Assembly: GCA_051532035.1 (NCBI GenBank)
Contig: JAOPTW010000073.1
Coordinates: forward strand, 1 to 15,580
DNA length: 15,580 bases
Direction: 5' to 3'
Source: Fibrobacterales bacterium
Lineage (GTDB): Bacteria > Fibrobacterota > Fibrobacteria > Fibrobacterales > JAOPTW01
Shown: positions 8,034 to 15,580 of the stretch, one piece after another
Layout of the letters: each line of letters begins with the position of its first letter
Numbering within the stretch: the first letter of the stretch is position 1
Program-made: the position numbers and the translations under genes
The notes under the pieces: generated by a model
What the model was told of the DNA's origin: nothing
The model's database searches: none
Seen by the model: only the letters and a program-made list of their open reading frames with translations

Positions 8034-10141
8034 AGTGTCGTAAGAATCTCGAGAGTGTCGCGATATCCATAGGCATTTTTAGTAATTATTTTCCATTTGC
8101 TTTCTTTGGCTGCTTCACAGGTGTTAAATGTGTATTCTGCTCGACTATTGCGCTCTTTGTAGTATGTGCCAAAGTGGGAGGAGGAAGTGCATGTTAAAAA
8201 TGTGGGTTTTGATGTATCTACAGAGTCGACTGTTGAACAGGTATTTTCTTTATAATTGATATTAAAAACGGTTTGGTTTTCACAGGTAGTGGAATTAATT
8301 TGGGTAACTAAAGCGGCCCAGTCGGGTGTTTCAAGAATAGAATCTAAACCATTGTATGCAAATGTTACATCACCACCCCTATTGGATGGTATTGTAGAGA
8401 GGTCGCTTTTGAATAATGCAGTATCAAATGCAAGATATTCAAAGTCTATAGAGGTGTACGGGTCGGTTCCGTAGTTGACTTTTATGGTGTCAAAATTGTA
8501 TGCGGTGTCAGAATAGGTGTAGTGTGTTCGGACTGAGTCAGGAATAAGGGTTGGGTAATTGCTATAAAAGTAGTCTATTTTAATAGGGATGGTGTCAAAG
8601 TTGGGTGGTGATTTGAGGGTGCTTGCTCTTATGGATTGGGTGTCGGGTGGGTTTGAACCATATTGGACAATCCATGAGTAGAGGGTGTCGTTGGTAATTT
8701 CGAGGGTGCCACCATCACAGGTGTCGGGTTTGAGGGTTGTATTGAGAAGGAGGGTATCTTTGTTACCGTATGAGTTTTCTTGTACGAATATCCACTCATT
8801 TTTCATGTCTGCATCGTAGGTGTCCCAAGTGATGTGCAGTTTTGAGTCATGGTTATTGTAAATAGGATAAAAATTGTAGTCAGTGGGTAGGGATCTTTTG
8901 CATGTGATAAAAGGTTCGGTCACTGAGTCTGGCTGAAAGTCTGTTGAATCAATACATTTAGATGTTGAAAGTTTAACAATGGGGTTGTCAATGCATTGGT
9001 CAGCGGTGGTTTGTTCTATGGAAACAGTCGCCCAGTCAGGTTTTTTAAGAATAGATATCTTGGCTCTTATGATTGTTGATAGCGCTCCTTTGCTATCAGC
9101 GACTATCTTGTTGAGGTCTCGAGTAATAGATGTCGGCATAATTTGTTGAGAGAAAAAATTGCGAGCCTGGGGGTAGAGGGCTTGGTTGGTGTAGTTTATA
9201 AAAACGAGATCGGTTTCAGTGTCAGGTTTGTTTTGTGTTGTAGGGGTGTGAGATACAATCTTCATGGGAGTACTGAGCCAGTCAGGGGTGCGCACTAGGG
9301 AATCGGAATACACATAATTGGTATCAATTCTACCACCGTCACGATCAACTATCCAGGAGTAGAGTACATTAGTGTGGGTGGTGTCACCGAGGGTATCTGA
9401 CGTGATAGTAATAAGAGTATCTTTGGTGGTGTCTACCGGAATGACAGGAGTGAGTGTGTCAAATGCTATTGTATCAATAATGAGTGTGTCAATGATAGGG
9501 TCATTAATGCGCATAGAGTCTAATAGATCATCGATGCTATACTGTACTGCTATGGTGCCGCCATCTATGCTTTTCCGAATAAGAGTGAGCTCTTGAATTG
9601 TGGCGTTGTCGGTTGTGTATCCATAGTCAATGTAACGATAGTGATAGGTGTTATCGCTATCCCCTGTGAGGAGTTGATTATAGAAGTAGGCAGACTGAGT
9701 CTTTTGTGAGTCGATTATTATATTGAGTTCTCGAACAGTTTTGAGGGGAATAGAGTCGAGGTGGATGTCGGCTCTATCTGGGGTCAGGGTTATGTTTCTA
9801 TAGAGAAACCCTGTTTCTTGCCTGTTGGTCATAATGTCATAGGTGCCAAAGTCAAGGTTGGTAAAAGCAAATGATCCTTTTGCATTGACTGATGTTCGTT
9901 GCACGACAGTTTGTGGGTCTACTACGTTGTAGAGGAATACTTCGATGGGGTATCGAGTGTCGCTGGGGTACATAAGAGCTACATCTGAGGAGAGTGCTCG
10001 CTTAGTGGCTATATTGTTTGGGATTATTGTGGCTCCGGTGATGCTCCCGCCGGATGTACTTGTAGAGTCTTCATTGACTATGGCGCAGTGCATTATGAAT
10101 ACGCAACTGAGTAGTGTAAATAATTGTGTGCTAATCTTCAT
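8018..10141 (-). CDS. Large putative lipoprotein: N-terminal carboxypeptidase-regulatory/prealbumin-like beta-sandwich, DT-rich linker and two copies of an unrecognised ~220-aa domain
   Basis: ATG at 10141 has SD AAGGAG, so it is preferred over 10162. Signal-like MKISTQLFTLLSCVFIMH-C followed by a flexible DSTSTSGGS. TSVNAKGSFAFTNLDFGTYDI fits the CarboxypepD_reg-like pattern. The internal duplication is visible by eye. Confidence 0.75.
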   Translation of the reverse strand: MKISTQLFTLLSCVFIMHCAIVNEDSTSTSGGSITGATIIPNNIATKRALSSDVALMYPSDTRYPIEVFLYNVVDPQTVVQRTSVNAKGSFAFTNLDFGTYDIMTNRQETGFLYRNITLTPDRADIHLDSIPLKTVRELNIIIDSQKTQSAYFYNQLLTGDSDNTYHYRYIDYGYTTDNATIQELTLIRKSIDGGTIAVQYSIDDLLDSMRINDPIIDTLIIDTIAFDTLTPVIPVDTTKDTLITITSDTLGDTTHTNVLYSWIVDRDGGRIDTNYVYSDSLVRTPDWLSTPMKIVSHTPTTQNKPDTETDLVFINYTNQALYPQARNFFSQQIMPTSITRDLNKIVADSKGALSTIIRAKISILKKPDWATVSIEQTTADQCIDNPIVKLSTSKCIDSTDFQPDSVTEPFITCKRSLPTDYNFYPIYNNHDSKLHITWDTYDADMKNEWIFVQENSYGNKDTLLLNTTLKPDTCDGGTLEITNDTLYSWIVQYGSNPPDTQSIRASTLKSPPNFDTIPIKIDYFYSNYPTLIPDSVRTHYTYSDTAYNFDTIKVNYGTDPYTSIDFEYLAFDTALFKSDLSTIPSNRGGDVTFAYNGLDSILETPDWAALVTQINSTTCENQTVFNINYKENTCSTVDSVDTSKPTFLTCTSSSHFGTYYKERNSRAEYTFNTCEAAKESKWKIITKNAYGYRDTLEILTTLKETE
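8021..9370 (-). repeat. Intragenic tandem duplication of a ~220-aa domain (copies at about 9370-8720 and 8690-8021)
   Basis: Collinear matches: LYSWIV/LYSWIV, PMKI/PIKI, SILKKPDWA/SILETPDWA, three spaced Cys ending FITC/FLTC, and W..ENSYGNKDTLLLNTTLK / W..KNAYGYRDTLEILTTLK. Confidence 0.85.
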
Positions 10142-10973
10142 AGTGCACTCCTTTTGAATCAAAATGTTTAGTTAACGGGAAAAGTTGTGTGTTCAGTTGG
10201 CAGCTGAGTTCGATAGAGGGGTGTTGATTGACAATGTTCAATACTTTTTTCTGAAACTCTTCAGTTGCTTTGTTGAGGGCGGTATACCCTTCTTTAGAAA
10301 TACCTGCGGTAATAGAAAGGACGTTACGCTCTTCTTTGTCAAATCGTTCTATAGCGTCTCGGCCCATCTCTATCATGGTGCGTTGATGTGAGCGTAGTGC
10401 AAGTGATGCGAGGTCGTCCTGAGCTGTTATAAATGCGTCGGTCTGAATGTATCTATTCTCTTCTTTGGAGAGGAGCTTGAGCTCAAGGAGTGTTTGAATT
10501 GCTTCTCGTGCTTCTTTGGCTGAAATGACTGGAGTAAGGGTTCGGCCCAGTTTCTGATAGTCATCCTGAAAATCCATAGTGGTCGCAACCTCCCTGACAA
10601 CGGGGATATACCATTTGCTGAAGTAGTCAAACTTTCTTTTTTCGAGAGTATATGCTTGGGTGTTGGCTCGGTGTTCGATCTCTTGTAAAAACTGCATTCG
10701 TTCAAAATCATTTTTTGCATGTTTAAACTGTATCAGTAATTTGAAGTAAGTGATTTCGTCTGAAGAGAGTTCAAGGGCTTCGCCAAGTGAGGTTGACGAT
10801 TTTAGAGAGAGTGGTGCTTTGCCGGTGATAATTCTATGGAGGTAGCTCTTTGAGCTAAAGCCCGCTTTTTCCGAAATACTTTGCAACGAAACTTTGGCTC
10901 CAACCTTTTTGTGCTCATGAAACCAGGCATTCAGAAATTCTCTGTAATCGAAATAGTTGTATAGTGTAGTCAT
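10131..10973 (-). CDS. TIGR02147-family protein (N-terminal HTH plus DUF4423-like C-terminus), putative transcriptional regulator
   Basis: 280 aa. LYNYFDYREFL, KAGFSSKSYLHRIITGK, YFKLLIQF, YFSKWYIPVVRE, AIQTLLELKLL, ERNVLSIT and QLNTQLFPL are the family pattern. Its stop overlaps the lipoprotein start by 11 nt. Confidence 0.9.
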   Translation of the reverse strand: MTTLYNYFDYREFLNAWFHEHKKVGAKVSLQSISEKAGFSSKSYLHRIITGKAPLSLKSSTSLGEALELSSDEITYFKLLIQFKHAKNDFERMQFLQEIEHRANTQAYTLEKRKFDYFSKWYIPVVREVATTMDFQDDYQKLGRTLTPVISAKEAREAIQTLLELKLLSKEENRYIQTDAFITAQDDLASLALRSHQRTMIEMGRDAIERFDKEERNVLSITAGISKEGYTALNKATEEFQKKVLNIVNQHPSIELSCQLNTQLFPLTKHFDSKGVHYED

Positions 10974-11096
10974 AGTTCAAACGTACATGAACTTTGCTTG
11001 AGAAACAATATATAAGTGTACAAAAAATCTAACTTTTGCCTAAATACTTGTAAAAAACACTGATAAGTATACTTAATGGTATGAAGTAGGTGTACG
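10974..11096. promoter_or_regulatory. Divergent promoter region with palindromes
   Basis: AGTTCA-N8-TGAACT (10974-10993) abuts the TIGR02147 ATG. Perfect palindrome TAAGTATACTTA at 11064-11075, with related ATAAGTGTACA (11012) and GTAGGTGTACG (11086). Confidence 0.4.
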
Positions 11097-11188
11097 AATT
11101 GCTCTATTAGAGTGATAGAGGTACGCCATTGTTCTCGAAACTTTCATTATTGTATGGTATAGTGAGTGAACAACAAACTGTTATTATT

Positions 11189-12943
11189 ATGAATGATTTT
11201 GAAAAATCGCAGATACCTCTAAAAATGTCACGACTTCCGTGGGGCGTTTTGATCGTGGTGATTGTTTCGGCAATAATTCTAGATGTTTCATTCTCTAAAC
11301 TGTTATCGAGTCGCACAGCGCTGCACCATAAAACAGAAGTGACTGAAGCCGTAAGTGGTATTAAGGGAAGGCTTGAGGGAAAGATAAATTCAAATATGTT
11401 TCTTCTCTATGGCATGGCGGCTTTTATATCGGTCCGTGATACTTTTCAAATGTCTGAATTCAACCACATTGCTGAGGATTTATTGAAACAAGGTACCTCT
11501 CTACAAAATATTGCAGTTGCTCCAGATTTTATAATATCCTTTGTTTATCCTCTAGAAGGAAATAAAAAGGTGCTTGGGATGAACTACCGCAAGGTACCTG
11601 CTCAATGGGAGCAAGCCAAGCAAGCAAAGGAAACAGGAAAAATGACGTTGGCTGGTCCGATTCCTTTGATACAAGGAGGAAAAGGCTTGGTGGCTCGCAT
11701 TCCCGTATTTAGAGAGCGTGATGGGAAATTTTGGGGATTGGTATCGGCTGTGATGGACTTTGATGAGCTTTTTAGTGATGTACATGAGTTGCAGAATAAC
11801 GTTTTTTCTATAGCAGCGCGGGGAGTTGATGGTAAGGGAGCTGAAGGTAATCTCTTTTATGGTGATTCAACGCTTTTTAATAGTGAAAGGGGGGCAGTAC
11901 TGAGTACTATAGCTCTCCCAACGGGAGAGTGGGAGATGGCTGTGCTCCCCATGCATGGGTGGTTACTTTGGTCTCCATATTCAGTATGGGTTCACATTAC
12001 AGTCCTTCTTTTAACTGGCCTTCTGGGTACCATAGTTATCATACGCCATAAAAGTAATGTTGCATTGATAATATATGAAGCACGATTGAATGCCATGAGT
12101 AAAGCGAGCCGTGACCCTATTGTCATTATTGATAAAGATGACTTAATTACCTTTTGGAATCCAGCAGCAACAATGATGTTTGGTTATGGGCAGAAAGAGG
12201 TGATAGGGAGTGATTTTAAGAAAATGATTTCAGTAGCAAATGGTGCTGGTACACTGGAACCGATTGACTTTTGGGTCAAAGGAACGGGGATGGCTGGTGG
12301 CGAGGCGGTAGTTGAAGCGCGTATGAAGATGGGGAAGGCTTTCAAGGCAGGCCTATCACTTTCACCCTTCGAAGTGTTTGGAGAAAAATATATTGTAGTT
12401 ACGATTAGGGATATTACCGCGCAGTATCACTATGAACAGAAACTTGAAGGCTTTGCAACCAAAGATGCGCTTACGGGTCTCAATAATCGAAGGCACTTTT
12501 GGGAGCTTGCTGAGAGAGAAGTGAAGAGAAGTGTGAGGTATCAGAATGCGGTTTCTATTGTGATGCTTGATATTGACCATTTTAAAAATGTGAACGACAC
12601 CTATGGTCATGCAGCGGGGGATCTTATATTAAAAGAGGTGTCCCGTGTTTTTATCGACATATTAAGAACGACGGATATTGTCGGGAGAGTGGGGGGAGAA
12701 GAGTTTGCATTGCTCCTTCCTGAGACTGGCACTGGTGAATCGTTGCAAGTTATTGAACGGATCCGGACTGCTGTTGAAGAGACACAAGTGGTTCGTAATG
12801 ATCAATCTATGAAAGTGACTATCAGTGCAGGGGTTGTTGATGGCTCATTTTCCCAAAATTTAGAAGATCTTATGAACCGAGCGGATGCATTGCTCTATGA
12901 AGCAAAACAGTCGGGACGCAATAAAGTCGTAGTGCATAATTAA
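11189..12943 (+). CDS. Membrane-bound CHASE-PAS-GGDEF diguanylate cyclase
   Basis: TM1 (WGVLIVVIVSAIIL), CHASE-like sensor (FVYPLEGNKKVLG, LAGPIPLIQGGKGLVARIPV, FWGLVSAVMD), TM2, PAS (DPIVIID..ITFWNPAATMMFGY) and GGDEF (DALTGLNNRR, DIDHFKNVNDTYGHAAGD, I-site RTTD, GGEEF, AKQSGRN). The start is uncertain (11129 TTG, 11189 or 11225 ATG). Confidence 0.93.
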   Translation: MNDFEKSQIPLKMSRLPWGVLIVVIVSAIILDVSFSKLLSSRTALHHKTEVTEAVSGIKGRLEGKINSNMFLLYGMAAFISVRDTFQMSEFNHIAEDLLKQGTSLQNIAVAPDFIISFVYPLEGNKKVLGMNYRKVPAQWEQAKQAKETGKMTLAGPIPLIQGGKGLVARIPVFRERDGKFWGLVSAVMDFDELFSDVHELQNNVFSIAARGVDGKGAEGNLFYGDSTLFNSERGAVLSTIALPTGEWEMAVLPMHGWLLWSPYSVWVHITVLLLTGLLGTIVIIRHKSNVALIIYEARLNAMSKASRDPIVIIDKDDLITFWNPAATMMFGYGQKEVIGSDFKKMISVANGAGTLEPIDFWVKGTGMAGGEAVVEARMKMGKAFKAGLSLSPFEVFGEKYIVVTIRDITAQYHYEQKLEGFATKDALTGLNNRRHFWELAEREVKRSVRYQNAVSIVMLDIDHFKNVNDTYGHAAGDLILKEVSRVFIDILRTTDIVGRVGGEEFALLLPETGTGESLQVIERIRTAVEETQVVRNDQSMKVTISAGVVDGSFSQNLEDLMNRADALLYEAKQSGRNKVVVHN

Positions 12944-12978
12944 AAAGGGACATAGTAATGCGGGTACATTACAGTCCC
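12942..12978 (-). terminator. Putative intrinsic terminator for the GH5 gene, overlapping its stop codon
   Basis: Minus strand reads GGGAC-T-GTAATG-[TACCCG]-CATTAC-TAT-GTCCC-TTTTT, a bulged stem followed by a U5 tract. Confidence 0.5.
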
Positions 12979-14456
12979 GCTCCATATTTTAATACATTCT
13001 GAACATTCTCATTTGACCACGGGTTAGATGATGGCAGGGTACTCCAAGTATTAAAGATTGTTTCATAGGAGTCATTCAATACATCGACACTCATAGTATG
13101 GGGTATTACGATAGCCGCCCAGTTGCCCACATTCACACCTTTATAGGTCCATTTACTCCAAGCGATGTTGTGCGCAGCATATTCTTCTAACAGGTATCGG
13201 TGAGACTCTTCGTGGTCTATGTGGTATTCGCCAGTGTAATAAGGGACGTCGTAGGTTTGTTGCATTGCAAGCATCTTATTGATATGCTCATCAATACCTG
13301 TTTTGTTGTCATTAATGTTTGATCCATTGATAGTGTAAAGGTGGTGGCCATACATAACATTATACCAATTGGCTGTTTCGGGCATTGGGTCGCCCCATGC
13401 CATGAGAATACGGTCGGGGTCAACTTCGCGCACTCCATCATAGAGGGGGATAGATGCCCAGGTGCCGCCACATGCTTCATTGATAAGTTCAATCGCTGCT
13501 ATGGCTCCTCTCCCTTTGTACTGTTCAATAACCTTCGTTAATACTTCAATGGCGTGATTATTTTGTGCATCTCTTTTTGCGCCTTCATCACCGCAGGATA
13601 TATACCGGTATGCGTTGTTAAATACCTCTAAACCTTCATCTCCTGTTTTATTGGTTTTGCCTTCCTCTTGCCCTTTCCATATGTGGTAATCAAAGAGAAC
13701 ATAGATGCCTCTCTCTTCTGCCTCGGTTACGATCCAATCCATCCAACCAAAGTCTATATCACCAGAAGGAGTCTTTTTCCAGCTGCCATCACGGTTTTGT
13801 AGGTTTCTATATCCAAAGGGCACGCGGATAAGATTCATTCCCGACTCTTGAATATGGTCAAGGTCTGCTTCAGTAATAAAATTACTGCGCCACACTTCTA
13901 TGAGGGTGTCTGCTCGAGCTTCATCAAACCGTTCTTCGAGTGTCTCTAAGGTAAAGCGGTCTGTCTGCGTGTCCGAAGCATCATCGTATCCATTCATCCA
14001 GTTTTCTGTAACAAGCCAGCCACCAATATTAATGCCTCGAAGGGCAACAGTATCACCTTCTAGGTTTACTATTACGGTACCGTTAGTTTTTAGATACGGT
14101 AGGCGCGCTGTTTGAGATGATGATGAGGCAGAGCTCAGTAACTCTGAACTTGAAGAAGATTGAATCTGTGAACTTGATTGTGTGACGTTAGGATTTGTTG
14201 AAGAGGTGTTGGTGTCTGGGGTATTTGATGACTGTGGATTAATACTCACAGAACTACTTTGTTGGGTCTGAGCAGAAGAGAGTATAGAGGAACTCAATAG
14301 AGTAGAAGATAATGGGGGTTGATTTAGAGAGGAGTTCGCTATTACTGTTGATGAAGAGAGTGTAAGGCTGTCCTCAAGTGATACGAGTGGTTCGTTAGAT
14401 GTGCATCCTATAAAAACCGATGCAATGATTGCAAGGAGTGTGGTAATACGTTTCAA
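12969..14456 (-). CDS. Glycoside hydrolase family 5 lipoprotein (exo-beta-glucanase/BglC-like) with Ser-rich linker
   Basis: TTG start, lipobox VFIG-C and a ~95-aa Ser/Thr/Gln-rich linker. Catalytic domain has LRGINIGGWLVTENWM, GMNLIRVPFGY, YVLFDYH, IELINEA (acid/base Glu), HHLY and YTGEY (nucleophile Glu), WSKWTYK. Confidence 0.9.
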   Translation of the reverse strand: MKRITTLLAIIASVFIGCTSNEPLVSLEDSLTLSSSTVIANSSLNQPPLSSTLLSSSILSSAQTQQSSSVSINPQSSNTPDTNTSSTNPNVTQSSSQIQSSSSSELLSSASSSSQTARLPYLKTNGTVIVNLEGDTVALRGINIGGWLVTENWMNGYDDASDTQTDRFTLETLEERFDEARADTLIEVWRSNFITEADLDHIQESGMNLIRVPFGYRNLQNRDGSWKKTPSGDIDFGWMDWIVTEAEERGIYVLFDYHIWKGQEEGKTNKTGDEGLEVFNNAYRYISCGDEGAKRDAQNNHAIEVLTKVIEQYKGRGAIAAIELINEACGGTWASIPLYDGVREVDPDRILMAWGDPMPETANWYNVMYGHHLYTINGSNINDNKTGIDEHINKMLAMQQTYDVPYYTGEYHIDHEESHRYLLEEYAAHNIAWSKWTYKGVNVGNWAAIVIPHTMSVDVLNDSYETIFNTWSTLPSSNPWSNENVQNVLKYGAGL

Positions 14457-14511
14457 TGTGAGTCCCTTTGTAATATGGGCTTAAATTACTTTAATTTTAG
14501 TAAGGGAGTAT

Positions 14512-14534
14512 TGTGTAAAAATATGTTTTACACA
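14512..14534. promoter_or_regulatory. Inverted repeat, putative transcription-factor site in a divergent intergenic region
   Basis: TGTGTAAAA-ATATG-TTTTACACA is a perfect 9-bp inverted repeat. A second palindrome, TATAAC-A-GTTATA, lies at 14594-14606. Confidence 0.45.
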
Positions 14535-14751
14535 TGGTGACTGAGAGTTGTATAAAAACTGTAATTTATCAAGGTATCCAATCTTTTAAAGACTATAACA
14601 GTTATAATAAATGGTGTTTAAGTGGAAAATTAGGCACTTTACTAGAGGTATTGTAATTAGTACAATGTTGGAATGGCAATAGGTAGCGTTCTATAGTTTC
14701 ATAGTATATAATAAACTAATAGGGCAGTTACGCTTGCACACTTGAGGGGTT

Positions 14752-15580
14752 ATGGCAGAAGACAAAAAGTCACAGAAGAGCGATGAAGAGTTTGATGAGC
14801 AGACCCTATTTAATGAGGCTGATGATAAGACTCTTGGTGGGAGAGAATTTGATGGAGTAATACTCAAAGAATCTCCTGATTCGGATGCCTCAGATGTTGT
14901 AGCCTCGGTTCCCAATGCTTATGCAGAAAATAGAGATCAAGAAGACGATGAGATAGATGCTGATGCAGCCACCACTGAATTGGGTATTGAAAACACGCCC
15001 ATTGTTACTACAAATGATGATGGTACTCCTGTCAGAGTTCGACAAAATAGTACAGATTCAAATGAGGACTCTTCAGATGTAGCCGATAGACACGTTGATG
15101 GAAGTGCACTTCAAGAGGATTCTTTGGGTGAATCCCTGGGTAAGGGAGAGAGGAATGAGGATAATCCTGATGTAAATCAAGTTGAGCAAAGTGATACTAC
15201 TCTTGATTCTTCAACGAGTGATGCTGCTCCAGCTTTTAGGAGCGAAGCGCATCCTGAAGGATTGACGGGAGGAGTAGGTTCTGAGTTGTCGGAGGGCGAA
15301 GAGAGCCATGAGCAAGTGGGTGTTGGTGGTACTGAGAGTACTGCTAGTTCTCTGCCAGATGATGGTGACGTTGTTGAAGATGGTGGTGAAGGAGAAGAGG
15401 TTATTGGTGAGTCTGCCTTAGATGAAGAAGGGGGATCAGATAGTGATGTTGATGAGGTTGTGAGTGACACTGAAGGCGATGATGTTGATGAAAGTATTGA
15501 TCCGGTAGATGAAGGTACTCGTGATGATGGTGATGAAAGTACTGCTCCCGTAGATGAAGGTACAGATGATGCAGGTGATG
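14752..15580 (+). CDS. Highly acidic low-complexity protein, N-terminal part only (runs off the window); possibly a large repetitive surface protein
   Basis: Absent from the ORF track because no stop codon lies in the window. ATG at 14752 with SD GAGGGG and 276 open codons: MAEDKKSQKSDEEFDEQTLFNEADDKTLGGREFDG...DESIDPVDEGTRDDGDESTAPVDEGTDDAGD. Very D/E/S/G-rich, no signal peptide. Confidence 0.8.
   Translation, partial: MAEDKKSQKSDEEFDEQTLFNEADDKTLGGREFDGVILKESPDSDASDVVASVPNAYAENRDQEDDEIDADAATTELGIENTPIVTTNDDGTPVRVRQNSTDSNEDSSDVADRHVDGSALQEDSLGESLGKGERNEDNPDVNQVEQSDTTLDSSTSDAAPAFRSEAHPEGLTGGVGSELSEGEESHEQVGVGGTESTASSLPDDGDVVEDGGEGEEVIGESALDEEGGSDSDVDEVVSDTEGDDVDESIDPVDEGTRDDGDESTAPVDEGTDDAGD
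15487..15580 (+). repeat. 45-bp (15-aa) coding tandem repeat, at least 2 copies, truncated by the window end
   Basis: gatgaaagtattgatccggtagatgaaggtactcgtgatgatggt (15487) and gatgaaagtactgctcccgtagatgaaggtacagatgatgcaggt (15532), with a possible third unit starting gatg at 15577. Confidence 0.8.

Noticed and set aside
8256..14115. Short nested or antisense ORFs within the lipoprotein, TIGR02147, cyclase and GH5 genes
   Set aside because: Alternative-frame or antisense shadows of long motif-bearing CDSs.
14630..14738. Possible sigma-54 promoter (TGGCA/GGCA...GC elements) upstream of the acidic protein
   Set aside because: GG-to-GC spacing is 9 or 11 nt rather than the required 10.
14691..15470. 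Ser/Pro-rich minus-strand ORFs (14691-14915 and 15177-15470)
   Set aside because: Reverse complement of GAT/GAA/GGT-rich codons of the acidic plus-strand CDS, which has a clear SD and ATG.
15487..15580. 45-bp repeat as a CRISPR array
   Set aside because: Units are contiguous, in frame and have no unique spacers. No cas genes are present.

Overview
AT-rich bacterial chromosomal window, densely coding, with 15 CDS (two cut by the window edges). I found no tRNA, rRNA, CRISPR array or transposase. Left to right: the 5' part of an RNB-family (RNase II-like) exoribonuclease; a minus-strand DUF2975 / XRE-HTH / secreted START-like protein / MDR oxidoreductase operon; a minimal arsR-acr3 arsenite module; a REC-REC-degenerate GGDEF protein divergent from an HDOD protein and a DinB-family gene; a TIGR02147-family HTH protein overlapping a ~707-aa putative lipoprotein with an unrecognised duplicated ~220-aa Cys-containing domain; a CHASE-PAS-GGDEF diguanylate cyclase; a GH5 lipoprotein with a Ser-rich linker; and the start of a very acidic, repeat-containing protein. 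TIGR02147 plus a poly-Ser-linker lipoprotein suggest a Fibrobacterota-like host (inference). The best novelty candidates are the TIGR02147/lipoprotein cassette and the cluster of c-di-GMP/HDOD signalling genes near a possible large surface protein. All family calls come from motif recognition by eye, with no database search.
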